From an uncultured Bacteroidia bacterium (GTDB lineage: Bacteria; Bacteroidota; Bacteroidia; NS11-12g; UBA955), in assembly GCA_938086785.1 (NCBI GenBank), contig CALKCM010000003.1:9930-73929 (forward strand): 64,000 bases of DNA, in the 5' to 3' direction. Position numbers and translations under genes: made by a program. Under the pieces are notes generated by a model. It was not told the DNA's origin. It searched no databases and saw only the letters and a list, made by a program, of their open reading frames with translations. This document shows, piece by piece, positions 39,655-49,431 of the stretch (the first letter of the stretch is position 1; every line of letters begins with the position of its first letter).

Positions 39655-41010
39655 ATGAAAAAATTAGTTCTATCAACATTATTCCTTTCGTTAGGTTCTG
39701 GGGTTTTTGCCCAAAAAGCTCCAATAGATTTTGAACCTGGTGGCAATGGCGCCAATTGGACTTGGGCTACCTTTGAAGCTCCTGCTGGAGAGGATAACCC
39801 AGAATTCAGCGTTTCAACAAATCCTTCTGTTGATGCAATCAACGGCTCAGCAAATGTGGCTAAAATGGCTATTAATTATGGCACAGCAGATGGCTGGGGC
39901 AGTGCAGGATGTGAATCTAAGCACGGTGCAGATATTGGTACTTTTGCGGTTACAGTTTCCAATAGCAAAGTTAAAATGATGGTTTACCAAGAAGGCTTTG
40001 CCGCTCCTGTCGCTTTAAAATTTGCGACAAGTTCAGGCGGTGCATATCCTGAGGTAGTTGTGCAAAATACTGTTGCAGATGCTTGGGTAGAAGTGGAATT
40101 TGATATGTCTAGATGGATTGATGGACTTGGAGGCGATAACCCGGATCAAATTATATTCTTTCCGAGTTATGCCGTTCGAACCGGAGGTCACACAGTTTAT
40201 TTTGATAATGTTACTTTTAGCGGACTAGATCCCATAGAAAAGCCTTCAACAGCCGCTCCGAAACCGTCACAATCAGCTTCGAATGTGATGTCCGTATTCA
40301 GTCAAATAACAGGAGCTCCAAACCCTTCTTCACATTATACAGATATCGCAAATACGGATTTTAATCCCAATTGGGGTGGAAACTCCGGTAATACAGTGAT
40401 TGAGGCATTTGATGGAGATTTGGCGCTAACGTATCCTGAATTAGACTATCAAGGAACTCTCATAGGGGGTGCCGGTAGCTCTAGCGATGTATCTAAAATG
40501 ACAAGCATGCATTTTGATTATTGGACGGATGGTGGTACAAGCCTAAAAGTTACTCCAATAAGCACAACAAGTGCTGAAATTGACTTTGATGTCTTTAAAG
40601 AAATGGGTGCATTGCCTCAAAAGCAATGGGTAAGTGTAGATATTCCTTTATCCCATTTTGTTGGATATGATTTTAATTTAAAAGAATTAAAGTTTCATGA
40701 AGGCGGCGGAAAAACTTTTCATTTCGACAACATATTCTTTACCAATGAAGTTTCAACGGGAACCATTGATGTTGCAGAAAATTTAGTAGAAATATTCCCA
40801 AATCCAAGCACAGATTTTTGGACTGTTAAAACCAATAATGTTCAGGTGTCCTCCCTTATTGTTTGCGATGCAATGGGCAAACATGTGATGTCCTTAAATC
40901 CAAATAATACCAAGTTGGTTATTGATGGCTCTGGTTTGAAGCCTGGAATGTATTTCGCTTTAATTAAAACAGAAACGGGAATGAATACTCTTAAATTGAT
41001 TAAGAAATAA
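39655..41010 (+). CDS. T9SS-secreted protein with two tandem homologous beta-sandwich (putative carbohydrate-binding) domains and a C-terminal T9SS type A sorting domain
   Basis: 451 aa. Signal peptide. Two internally similar modules end in GGHTVYFDNVTFSG and GGKTFHFDNIFFTN. C-terminal Por sorting domain (VEIFPNPSTDFWTVKTNN...LKPGMYFALIKTETGMNTLKLIKK). Confidence 0.7.
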   Translation: MKKLVLSTLFLSLGSGVFAQKAPIDFEPGGNGANWTWATFEAPAGEDNPEFSVSTNPSVDAINGSANVAKMAINYGTADGWGSAGCESKHGADIGTFAVTVSNSKVKMMVYQEGFAAPVALKFATSSGGAYPEVVVQNTVADAWVEVEFDMSRWIDGLGGDNPDQIIFFPSYAVRTGGHTVYFDNVTFSGLDPIEKPSTAAPKPSQSASNVMSVFSQITGAPNPSSHYTDIANTDFNPNWGGNSGNTVIEAFDGDLALTYPELDYQGTLIGGAGSSSDVSKMTSMHFDYWTDGGTSLKVTPISTTSAEIDFDVFKEMGALPQKQWVSVDIPLSHFVGYDFNLKELKFHEGGGKTFHFDNIFFTNEVSTGTIDVAENLVEIFPNPSTDFWTVKTNNVQVSSLIVCDAMGKHVMSLNPNNTKLVIDGSGLKPGMYFALIKTETGMNTLKLIKK

Positions 41011-41035
41011 ATCATTTTTCTATTGAGAAATAGAC

Positions 41036-41070
41036 AAAAAAGGTGCGATTTTAAATCGCACCTTTTTTTT
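41036..41070. terminator. Rho-independent terminator (bidirectional-looking: A-run, GC hairpin, T-run)
   Basis: AAAAAGGTGCGATTTTAAATCGCACCTTTTTTTT. A perfect 8-bp stem GGTGCGAT/ATCGCACC flanked by A5 and T8, immediately after the T9SS gene stop. Confidence 0.65.
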
Positions 41071-41170
41071 GTGTCCATATGTTTAATTATTTCTGCACAG
41101 CTTATAACCTTCTCTTGCCACAGGCTATTGTTTAAAGTAATATTGTATTTACTTAACAAGTATAGAAAGA

Positions 41171-42418
41171 ATGAGTCAAATAAAACATCCCGAAAGTCTA
41201 ATGATGACCCATGGCTACAAGCCAGAGTTATCTGAGGGAGCGGTAAAACCGCCTATTTTTCAAACGTCTACTTTTGCTTTTAAAACAGCAGAAGAGGGGA
41301 AAGCATTTTTCGAAGTAGCCTACGGTATTCGAGAAAAAGAAAAGAATGAAGAGCTTGGTCTTATATACAGCAGGATTAATAATCCCAATTTGCAAATTTT
41401 AGAAGAACGCCTGTGCCTTTGGGATAAAGCCGATGATTGCGCTGTTTTTGAAAGTGGGATGTCCGCCATTAGTACGGTGCTTCTTGAATTTTTAAAGCCA
41501 GGTGATTTATTGCTGCATAGTTTGCCTGTTTATGGAGGAACCGATCATTTTATCAATCACTTCTTAAAGGAAATTGGAGTTCATTCCATTGGTTTTAGGG
41601 CCGATCAAGGCAAGGATGAAATCATTGCATTGATTGAAGAAAGTGGATTGCAGGATAAGCTAGCACTTGTTTATATTGAAACCCCAGCAAACCCAACCAA
41701 TACCCTTATTGATATAGAAATGTGTAAGTCCTTGACTGAATACTTTCGAAGGGATGAAAAAAGCATTAAACTAGCCGTAGATAACACTTATATGGGGCCA
41801 TTATGGTCGCATCCATTAAAACATGGGGCAGATCTGGTGATTTACTCTGCTACTAAATATATTGGTGGTCATAGCGATTTAATTGCTGGAGCCGTTTTAG
41901 GAAAAGCTGACAGCATGAGTAGGGTAAAGGTTTTGCGTACTTTTTTGGGAAACATGGCAAGTCCTCATACCTGTTGGCTGCTGCTTAGAAGTTTAGAAAC
42001 GCTAAAAATTCGAATGGAGCAGCAAGCGAAAAGTGCCGAGGCTATTGCCGCATTTTTGGTCGAACACCCCAAAGTTTTAAAAGTACATTACCTTGGCTTA
42101 ATTAAAGAATCTTCTCCAAGTTATGCCGTATACAAAAAGCAATACTCCTCACCTGGAGCAATGATTGCTTTTGATATTGACGGGGACGAGGCCGCCGCAT
42201 TCCGTTTTTTGAATAAATTATCCTTGGTGAAATTAGCCGTAAGTTTGGGTAGTACCGAGAGTTTAGTGCAGCATCCTGCATCGATGACTCATATTGGTAT
42301 TGATTCAGATTTAAAAATTAAAATGGGTATTTCTGAGCGATTGATTCGCTTTTCGGTTGGGGTAGAGCATCCCGAAGATTTAATTGCCGATATGAGTCAT
42401 GCTTTAGAAGCGATTTAA
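41171..42418 (+). CDS. PLP-dependent trans-sulfuration family enzyme (cystathionine gamma-synthase / methionine gamma-lyase / O-acetylhomoserine sulfhydrylase-like)
   Basis: 415 aa. Cys/Met-metabolism PLP motif around the lysine (YSATKYIGGHSDLIAGAVLGK) and an N-terminal GAVKPPIFQTSTFAF. Confidence 0.8.
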   Translation: MSQIKHPESLMMTHGYKPELSEGAVKPPIFQTSTFAFKTAEEGKAFFEVAYGIREKEKNEELGLIYSRINNPNLQILEERLCLWDKADDCAVFESGMSAISTVLLEFLKPGDLLLHSLPVYGGTDHFINHFLKEIGVHSIGFRADQGKDEIIALIEESGLQDKLALVYIETPANPTNTLIDIEMCKSLTEYFRRDEKSIKLAVDNTYMGPLWSHPLKHGADLVIYSATKYIGGHSDLIAGAVLGKADSMSRVKVLRTFLGNMASPHTCWLLLRSLETLKIRMEQQAKSAEAIAAFLVEHPKVLKVHYLGLIKESSPSYAVYKKQYSSPGAMIAFDIDGDEAAAFRFLNKLSLVKLAVSLGSTESLVQHPASMTHIGIDSDLKIKMGISERLIRFSVGVEHPEDLIADMSHALEAI

Positions 42419-42627
42419 ACATGCGGCCATATTATTTTTTAATGGCCGCAAACTGGAGATAAACCCTCGTTTTATCTGAATGTAAAGTCTTGGAAAAAAT
42501 ACAAGACAAATCAACACCTATTATTCATCAAAATAAACTTCAATTTCACAGAGATTAAATTGGGTTTTCACTATGTGTATGTGGAACTTTTAGTGTATTT
42601 TCGCGCCCTTATTGAACACAGATTAGA

Positions 42628-45570
42628 ATGAAAAATAGAAATACCATACTTGTATTTTCAGTCATCTTAGCAATTGTATGCCTATACCAATTGTCCTTTA
42701 CTTTTAAAGTAAAAAACTTTGAGAGCAAAGCTCGTGCACATGCTGCACTAGAGGTGAAAAAGTCAGGAGTAAAATTTGGCCCAACCTATCGCCGATATAT
42801 TGATAGTATGGGTAATAAAACCATTTATGATTTTGGTTTAGCCAGTTATTCTTACTTCGATTGTAAGCAAAGAGAGATTAACCTAGGTTTGGATTTGCGT
42901 GGAGGAATGAACGTAATTCTTGAGGTAGACAAATCTGCTATTATTAGTGGAATGGCTAATGATAAGGAGAATCCTCAATTAGTGAAGGCCTTAGATTTTG
43001 CGACCAAAAAAGTGAGAGAAGAAGGGGGAGATTATGTAGATCTATTTGTAACAAACTATAAAAGCCTAAATCCTAACGTAAATCTCATAAATTTATTTGC
43101 CAATAAAAACAACTCTGCTTTGGGTAAAAGCACCACAGAGGCTAGTTTGATTCAATACATCAATGAAGAAGTAAATGGAAGTATTGATCGCGTAAGAGAA
43201 GTGGTAGAGAAACGGATTAATCAATCCAATGTTACTCAGCCAACCATCCAAAAGGTAGATAACGGTAGAATTAGTGTCGAATTACCAGGGGTAGATAATC
43301 CGAAGCGTATGGAAGATCTCGTAGAAAAAAGTGCAAACTTAGAATTCTTCGAAGTACATGCGAATTACGAATACTTAAGAGAAGGAGACGCAATCATGGA
43401 GAAACTATTTGGAGTAACATCCAAGGTAGCTGTTGAAACTACAGATTCTTCTGCATCAGACTCAACCATCGCGAAGCAAATAAAAAGAGCAAGTGTTTTA
43501 AATAACTACATTACCCGAACGGTGGGTATGGCCGCTTCTGGTTTGGTAAAAGGAACAGACATTAAGAAAGTCCTTGAAATTTTCGAAGGCAAACAATACC
43601 AAAATATTTTAGCTAGCAATAGAGCAGTCATTGCCTTTAGTGCTAAAGCTGCAGATTATGATGCGAGTTTAAAGCAAACCAAAGGGGGAAATGATTACGA
43701 AATATTCTTACTAAAACTAGGAAGAGATGGGAAATCATCCTTAAACTCAGAAGATGGAAACATTATCTCAGATGCTCGTTTTACCACGGGTCAAACGGGT
43801 CAATTAGAGGTAAATATGACCATGACCGCAGATGCCGGTAATGAGTGGAGTCAAATTACAGGAAATAACGAAGGGCGTCCCATTGCGATTGTTCTTGATA
43901 ATAGAGTCTATTCTGCACCAAGAGTAAACCAAAAGATTACTGGAGGAAGCAGTCAAATTACAGGAAACTTTGATGTAAATGAAGCGGATGATTTAGCTAA
44001 TGTTTTAAAAGCGGGTAAGCTACCTGCACCTGCTAAAATTGTAGCAAGTGAAGTAGTAGGTCCTTCATTGGGTGAAGCCAGTATTAAGAAAGGTACTTGG
44101 TCTTTAGTTATAGGATTTTTCCTAGTTCTTATCTTTATGGTAGTCTATTATAGAGGTGCGGGATTAATTGCAGTTATTGCAGTTTTAGCCAATATGTTTA
44201 TCATTATAGGAGTGCTATCAAGTCTGGGTGCTGCGCTTACCTTACCCGGTATTGCAGGGGTGCTGCTTACCATTGGTATGGCGGTAGATAGTAATGTTCT
44301 AATTTTTGAAAGAATAAAAGAAGAATTACAGAATGGTAAATCATTAAAACAAGCGGTTTCCGAAGGGTATCGTCATGCAATGAGTGCTATTTTGGATTCA
44401 AACATTACAACACTTCTAGCCGGTGTGATTTTAACTATGGCAGGAGCCGGACCAGCTTATGGTTTTGCTGTAATACTTGTGATTGGTATTTTTAGTTCAT
44501 TATTTACTGCTTTGCTTTTGGCGAGAGTAATTATGGATTCTAGAATTAGAAAAGATAAAGCCATATCATTTGATACTTCTTGGAACAGAGGATTCTTAAA
44601 AAATAAAAATATAGACTTTGTAGGTTCTCGTAAGAAGTACTACATGATATCTGGAATAGCTATTGCTATTGGAATCTGCGCATTTGTAATGAAAGGTGGT
44701 TTAAGTACAGGTATTGACTTTAAGGGAGGAAATGCATTTGTAATTCAAATGGATCCTACCGAATCTTACTCGACCGATGATATCAAGGAAACGTTAGATA
44801 TCGCCTTGCCAGAATCTAGCAATGAGGTAAAGACATTTGGTAGTGATGGGCAATATAGAGTAGTAACGACATACTTACTGAAAGAAGATTCAAAAGAAGC
44901 GAGAGAAAAAGCAGCTACTGCAGTTACAGAAGCTTTGGGATCGAAATTTAAATTAACAACCAAAACCAACGCCGATGGCGTTGCAGAAGGACCTATTTTA
45001 AGTTCATCTAAAATTGGAGAAGCCATTGCAACGAACGTTAGAAATAAATCGACATTACTGGTTATCTTAGCATTGGTTGGTATGTTCTTTTATATTGTAT
45101 TTAGATTTAGAAGCACTACCTATGGTGCAGGTGCAACTGTAGCTTTGATTCATGACGTTTTCCTAGTACTATCCATTTTTGTTATACTAGATGGAGTGGT
45201 TCCATTCCCAGTAGAGTTTGATCAGCATTTAATTGCAGCCTTACTTACATTGGTGGGTTACTCAATGAACGATACGGTTATTGTTTTTGATAGAATTCGT
45301 GAAATATTAGCCGGCTCTAAATCTGCAGATAGAAGCAATAAAGACCTGATAAACAAAGCGATTAACAGTACATTAAGTCGTACCATTATTACGGCAAGTA
45401 CGGTATTCTTTGTTGTATTGGCGTTGTTCTTCCTAGGAGGCGATAGCTTGAAAGGATTCTCACTTGCATTATTAATTGGTGTAATAGTAGGTACCTATTC
45501 TTCTATATGTATTGCAACTCCTGTTGTGGTTGATTTAACAAGTAGAAAAGGGGATAAGAAAAAGAAATAA
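42628..45570 (+). CDS. secDF: protein translocase subunit SecDF (fused)
   Basis: 980 aa. SecD periplasmic domain, two 6-TM RND-like bundles (LGLDLRGGMNVILEVD, IGVLSSLGAALTLPGIAGVLLTIGMAVDSNVLIFERIKEE, and a second LTLVGYSMNDTVIVFDRIRE). Confidence 0.92.
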   Translation: MKNRNTILVFSVILAIVCLYQLSFTFKVKNFESKARAHAALEVKKSGVKFGPTYRRYIDSMGNKTIYDFGLASYSYFDCKQREINLGLDLRGGMNVILEVDKSAIISGMANDKENPQLVKALDFATKKVREEGGDYVDLFVTNYKSLNPNVNLINLFANKNNSALGKSTTEASLIQYINEEVNGSIDRVREVVEKRINQSNVTQPTIQKVDNGRISVELPGVDNPKRMEDLVEKSANLEFFEVHANYEYLREGDAIMEKLFGVTSKVAVETTDSSASDSTIAKQIKRASVLNNYITRTVGMAASGLVKGTDIKKVLEIFEGKQYQNILASNRAVIAFSAKAADYDASLKQTKGGNDYEIFLLKLGRDGKSSLNSEDGNIISDARFTTGQTGQLEVNMTMTADAGNEWSQITGNNEGRPIAIVLDNRVYSAPRVNQKITGGSSQITGNFDVNEADDLANVLKAGKLPAPAKIVASEVVGPSLGEASIKKGTWSLVIGFFLVLIFMVVYYRGAGLIAVIAVLANMFIIIGVLSSLGAALTLPGIAGVLLTIGMAVDSNVLIFERIKEELQNGKSLKQAVSEGYRHAMSAILDSNITTLLAGVILTMAGAGPAYGFAVILVIGIFSSLFTALLLARVIMDSRIRKDKAISFDTSWNRGFLKNKNIDFVGSRKKYYMISGIAIAIGICAFVMKGGLSTGIDFKGGNAFVIQMDPTESYSTDDIKETLDIALPESSNEVKTFGSDGQYRVVTTYLLKEDSKEAREKAATAVTEALGSKFKLTTKTNADGVAEGPILSSSKIGEAIATNVRNKSTLLVILALVGMFFYIVFRFRSTTYGAGATVALIHDVFLVLSIFVILDGVVPFPVEFDQHLIAALLTLVGYSMNDTVIVFDRIREILAGSKSADRSNKDLINKAINSTLSRTIITASTVFFVVLALFFLGGDSLKGFSLALLIGVIVGTYSSICIATPVVVDLTSRKGDKKKK

Positions 45571-45593
45571 CAAACTCCCTGTAAACTAAATAT

Positions 45594-46865
45594 ATGAAAG
45601 GCGGGGATAACATCCTCGCCTTTTTTAATGGATATAATTTGAATATAATGAATATAGAAAATAATATAGGAGGCGTAAAAGCCACAGATATTGCAAAAAA
45701 ATTTGGCTCACCCGTATACGTTTATGATGCGGCTAAAATTGAATCACAGTACAAGAGACTTTCGAGTGCTTTTTCTGGAGTATGCACAAAATTTCATTAC
45801 GCCCTAAAAGCCCTAAATAATATAAATATTCTAAAGCTTTTAAAGGCTCAAGGTGCTGGTTTAGATGCCGTCTCTATAAACGAGGTTAAATTGGGTCTGA
45901 GAGCGGGGTTTGAGCCCACTCAAATTATGTTTACGCCCAATTGTGTCAGTTTTAACGAAATTAAATCTGCCGTAGATTTAGGTGTTCACATTAACATAGA
46001 TAATATTGTTGCGTTGGAAATGTTTGGAGCTGAGTATGGAAATACTGTGCCCTGTTGCATTCGATTAAATCCACATATTATGGCAGGGGGGAACAGCCAT
46101 ATTTCCGTAGGGCATATTGATTCGAAATTTGGAATTTCTATCTATCAAGTACCTCATGTGGTGCGTATTGTAGAGAGTTTAAATATTAAAGTGAATGGAT
46201 TGCACATGCATACTGGAAGCGATATTTTGGATAGCGGAGTATTTCTTCAAGGCGCACAGTTATTGTTTAATGCTGCTAAGGATTTTAAGGATTTGGAATT
46301 TATGGATTTTGGAAGTGGATTTAAGGTAGCCTATAAAGAAGGAGATGTGATTACCGATATCGATTCTTTAGGAGCTGAAGTAAGTGCGGCATTTAAGATC
46401 TTCTGCAAAGAATACGGCCGCGAACTTGAATTGTGGTTCGAGCCTGGCAAATATCTTGTGAGCGAAAGTGGTTATTTATTAGTAGAAGCTAATGTAATTA
46501 AACAAACCACCTCCACCGTTTTTGTAGGGGTAAATAGTGGCCAGAATCATCTTTTGAGACCCATGTTTTATAGTGCCTATCACTACATTGAAAATGTGAG
46601 CAATACCACCCCTAATAAACGGGTGTATTCTGTGGTTGGTTACATTTGCGAAACAGATACCTTGGGTTATGACAGGCAATTAAACGAAGTGCGGGAGGGG
46701 GATATTTTAGCTATTCATAACGCTGGTGCCTATGCCTACAGCATGGCCAATAATTATAATGCGAGATTTAGGCCTGCCGAAGTATTGGTTACTAATGGAG
46801 AAGCCCATTTGATCCGTAGGCGAGAAACCATGGATGACCTGGTGGCCTGTGAGATAGAATTATAG
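45594..46865 (+). CDS. lysA: diaminopimelate decarboxylase
   Basis: 423 aa. Fold-type III PLP decarboxylase (FGSPVYVYD, FHYALKALNN with the PLP lysine, CETDTLG, EPGKYLV). The true start may be an internal Met (MNIENNIGG, about 45648). Confidence 0.88.
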   Translation: MKGGDNILAFFNGYNLNIMNIENNIGGVKATDIAKKFGSPVYVYDAAKIESQYKRLSSAFSGVCTKFHYALKALNNINILKLLKAQGAGLDAVSINEVKLGLRAGFEPTQIMFTPNCVSFNEIKSAVDLGVHINIDNIVALEMFGAEYGNTVPCCIRLNPHIMAGGNSHISVGHIDSKFGISIYQVPHVVRIVESLNIKVNGLHMHTGSDILDSGVFLQGAQLLFNAAKDFKDLEFMDFGSGFKVAYKEGDVITDIDSLGAEVSAAFKIFCKEYGRELELWFEPGKYLVSESGYLLVEANVIKQTTSTVFVGVNSGQNHLLRPMFYSAYHYIENVSNTTPNKRVYSVVGYICETDTLGYDRQLNEVREGDILAIHNAGAYAYSMANNYNARFRPAEVLVTNGEAHLIRRRETMDDLVACEIEL

Positions 46866-47684
46866 TTATATTTTAGAATCTATCGAATCCATCTTCTGGT
46901 GCATCACGCCCACTTCTTTTTGAAGATTGCGTATGGCCGTTCCTAAGTTGTCTGAATCTGAATTGCTTGGCTCCTCGAAGCGAGGGTTAATGTAATTGAC
47001 AAATTTCCATAATTCTAAAATATCTGAAACACCAACGGAGTAAGGCTCATAGGATGAATTTGTGCTACAGAGCATGATGGTGCCATCCTCTTTTATGCGG
47101 CTGTACAATACCTTAAATACAATGCCATCGTCTTTGGTAATAACAATGTACGGTTTTCCATTATCTATATAGGTCCAATCTTGTAAATATTCGCCTGTAA
47201 CCCATGCTTTATCCAATACTGGAGGCATGCTGTCCCCAGAGATAGGGAAGGTTCTGTATTTTTTATTCTCGGATAGGAAAGGCATGTTAAATGCGGGAAG
47301 TACTTTGATGTAAGAGGGGTCTGCATAGCCAGCAGTATAACCCGCTTTGGCTCGAATAGGGACCAATTCTACATTTTCATTATCATTGGCATCTACCGTA
47401 GTGCTAATTACACGCAATTTGGAGCCCGTAATATCTACATCATAGCCTTTTTCTATTTCACTGAGTTTAAATTCACCCAGTTTAGAAAGGTCAATGCGTA
47501 CCAATTTATCCAGATTTACTTTATAGAAATCTGCAAGGCGAATCAATAAACCAATGGATGGTTCGGCCACGCCATTCTCATAACTATTGTAGGCAGAGCG
47601 GGTAATATCCATCATGGTGGCTACTTCTGTTTGACTTCGTTTCATGCGTTTACGCATGAGTTTAAGATTCTCTTTTAGGTACAT
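46866..47684 (-). CDS. XRE-family HTH + S24 peptidase repressor (non-canonical LexA-like / phage cI-like)
   Basis: 272 aa. N-terminal XRE HTH (LMRKRMKRSQTEVATMMDITRSAYNSYENGVAEPSIGLLIRLADFY) and a C-terminal S24 LexA-type peptidase with the catalytic Ser in ISGDSMPP and a downstream Lys (FKVLYSRIK). Its start overlaps the upstream exonuclease gene by 10 bp. Confidence 0.75.
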   Translation of the reverse strand: MYLKENLKLMRKRMKRSQTEVATMMDITRSAYNSYENGVAEPSIGLLIRLADFYKVNLDKLVRIDLSKLGEFKLSEIEKGYDVDITGSKLRVISTTVDANDNENVELVPIRAKAGYTAGYADPSYIKVLPAFNMPFLSENKKYRTFPISGDSMPPVLDKAWVTGEYLQDWTYIDNGKPYIVITKDDGIVFKVLYSRIKEDGTIMLCSTNSSYEPYSVGVSDILELWKFVNYINPRFEEPSNSDSDNLGTAIRNLQKEVGVMHQKMDSIDSKI

Positions 47685-49042
47685 AATTCAAATTTATTTT
47701 GTTTTAGTGTAAATACTCGGTATTCGTGGTTTGGGTTCAGTTTTGCGTGTTGCAAGTATTGCAATGCAATGCTTTGTGCTAAGGCCGCATTTTTTTGAAA
47801 AGGAGTATCTGCAATAGACTCCTCAATATTATCCTGAGAATGGCCCCAAGCATGCAAGCAGCCATGTTTAAATAAAGTCCAGGATCGTTCTTCTGCATTT
47901 CTTCCCTTCGAAATAAGCACATCTACATTTTCAGAATGATGCAACTCATTCCATACCGCCTTTAATCGTGCATTGTGTTCTTTCATAACAGAGGCCTCGC
48001 TCCCGTGGCAGTAGCAATCCTCTTTGCAAAACTTGCCTGCAAATTTTGGAAGGAATACACAAATATTATGCTGTTTTTTGATTCGGTTTAAGAGCGCTTC
48101 GCCCAAAGGCTTGCTTTTAAATATAAAGGGAGATTCTGTATTCTTTACGTTTTTAACCAGTTCTATCTTATGCAGCCCACTAAAGGATTCAAATAGAACC
48201 ATTCGCCATTGAATATTGGGTTTCTTCCCCAGCACATTCCATTCTGGCCATGCCTGGTCAATTTCATTGGATTCCTGCAATAAGGCATGCAGCTCACAGC
48301 CTGTTTCTAGATGCTCTAAATAATGGATTTGCTCCAACTCTAGATTGTTTCGCGCACTGTTTTTTCCAAAATGCTGCAATACTCTCTTTTTTATATTAAT
48401 GGCTTTACCAATATATTTAATCTTCTTGTTTTCGTCTAAAAAACGATATACTCCAGGGGTTGAAGGTAATTTTTTAATATCCTCTTGCGTTAAATGGGGC
48501 GGAAGGACTTGCCCTGCTTGAATAAGAGCTTTAAAATCATCTTCACTTAAACTGGCTTTAGACCTTTTAAATAGCTCTACTGTAGCATCTGTATCTCCTT
48601 CGGCCCTATGCCTGTTGTTTAAGCCAATGCCTAGGGAAGCACATAGTTTGCCTAAACTATACGAAGATTGACCAGGAAAGGCTTTTCTTGCCAACCGCAC
48701 GGTGCACATTTTCTTTGGATTAAAGGTATATCCAACATTCTCAAAGGCTGCTTGAATAAATCTAAAATCAAAATTTACATTATGAGCTACAAAAACAGCC
48801 CCGCTAAATAGATGATGTAAATCGGCCGCAATTTCTGCAAAACTGGGTGCGTTCCGCACCATTTGATCCGTTATTCCTGTAAGAGCAACCACCCCCGATT
48901 TAATGGGGCGCATGGGATTGAGAAGGGTAGTAAAGCTTTGAATGACTTTTTCTCCATCCGTAAGTTTTACACATATTTCGGTAATGGCCCCTCTCTTGGT
49001 GCTTTCCCCTGTTGTTTCAATATCTGTTATAGCAAAAATCAA
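47675..49042 (-). CDS. DEDDh 3'-5' exonuclease (DnaQ/epsilon-like) fused to a C-terminal GIY-YIG nuclease domain
   Basis: 455 aa. Exo motifs I-III (FAITDIETTG; FVAHNVNFDFRFI; HRAEGDTDATVELF), then GIY-YIG (PGVYRFLDENKKIKYIGKAINIKKRVLQHF). TTG start at 49042. Confidence 0.8.
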   Translation of the reverse strand: MIFAITDIETTGESTKRGAITEICVKLTDGEKVIQSFTTLLNPMRPIKSGVVALTGITDQMVRNAPSFAEIAADLHHLFSGAVFVAHNVNFDFRFIQAAFENVGYTFNPKKMCTVRLARKAFPGQSSYSLGKLCASLGIGLNNRHRAEGDTDATVELFKRSKASLSEDDFKALIQAGQVLPPHLTQEDIKKLPSTPGVYRFLDENKKIKYIGKAINIKKRVLQHFGKNSARNNLELEQIHYLEHLETGCELHALLQESNEIDQAWPEWNVLGKKPNIQWRMVLFESFSGLHKIELVKNVKNTESPFIFKSKPLGEALLNRIKKQHNICVFLPKFAGKFCKEDCYCHGSEASVMKEHNARLKAVWNELHHSENVDVLISKGRNAEERSWTLFKHGCLHAWGHSQDNIEESIADTPFQKNAALAQSIALQYLQHAKLNPNHEYRVFTLKQNKFELCT

Positions 49043-49085
49043 ATGTTAATTATATTATCACTGAACTGGCAGCTAAATTAACATT
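49041..49085. promoter_or_regulatory. candidate operator: 10-bp perfect inverted repeat AATGTTAATT-N24-AATTAACATT at the 5' end of the exonuclease/LexA-like operon
   Basis: Left arm 49042-49051 overlaps the TTG start of the exonuclease gene and the right arm is 49076-49085. A CTG-N6-CAG element (CTGAACTGGCAG) lies in the spacer. Confidence 0.3.
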
Positions 49086-49101
49086 AATTACTGATGGAAA
49101 C

Positions 49102-49139
49102 AAAAAAAACTGCTTCTTTCGTGAAAGAAGCAGTTTTTT
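49102..49139 (-). terminator. Rho-independent terminator of rpsT
   Basis: AAAAAAA-CTGCTTCTTT-CGTG-AAAGAAGCAG-TTTTTT. A 10-bp perfect stem flanked by A and T runs, 19 nt downstream of the rpsT stop on the minus strand. Confidence 0.65.
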
Positions 49140-49157
49140 CTAAGGTCTTCGGTTTAT

Positions 49158-49412
49158 TTATGAAAGACCATTTGCAAATTTTTGCAATTTGCCTTTTAAG
49201 TTACTTGCTTTGTTTTTGTGAATAATGTTACGTTTGGCCAATTTGTCCAATGCGCTAAATGCTTTGTTTAGCAATTCCCCAGCCTCTTTAGCTGTGGTGC
49301 TGCTGCGCAATTCTCTTAGGATTGTACGAGCCGATTTGTGTTGGTAACGATTACGTAATCTCTTCGTCTCGTTGGCTCTTATTCTTTTTATTGATGATTT
49401 ATGATTTGCCAT
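49158..49412 (-). CDS. rpsT: 30S ribosomal protein S20
   Basis: 84 aa. MANHKSSIKRIRANETKRLRNRYQHKSARTILRELR... is a canonical S20. Confidence 0.92.
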   Translation of the reverse strand: MANHKSSIKRIRANETKRLRNRYQHKSARTILRELRSSTTAKEAGELLNKAFSALDKLAKRNIIHKNKASNLKGKLQKFANGLS

Positions 49413-49431
49413 GAATTCTATAAATGGGCTG

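Noticed and set aside
42424-42451. Inverted repeat GCGGCCAT-N11-ATGGCCGC after the PLP-enzyme gene
   Set aside because: It could be a terminator stem, but it has no following T-run and a large loop. It is too weak to call as a feature.
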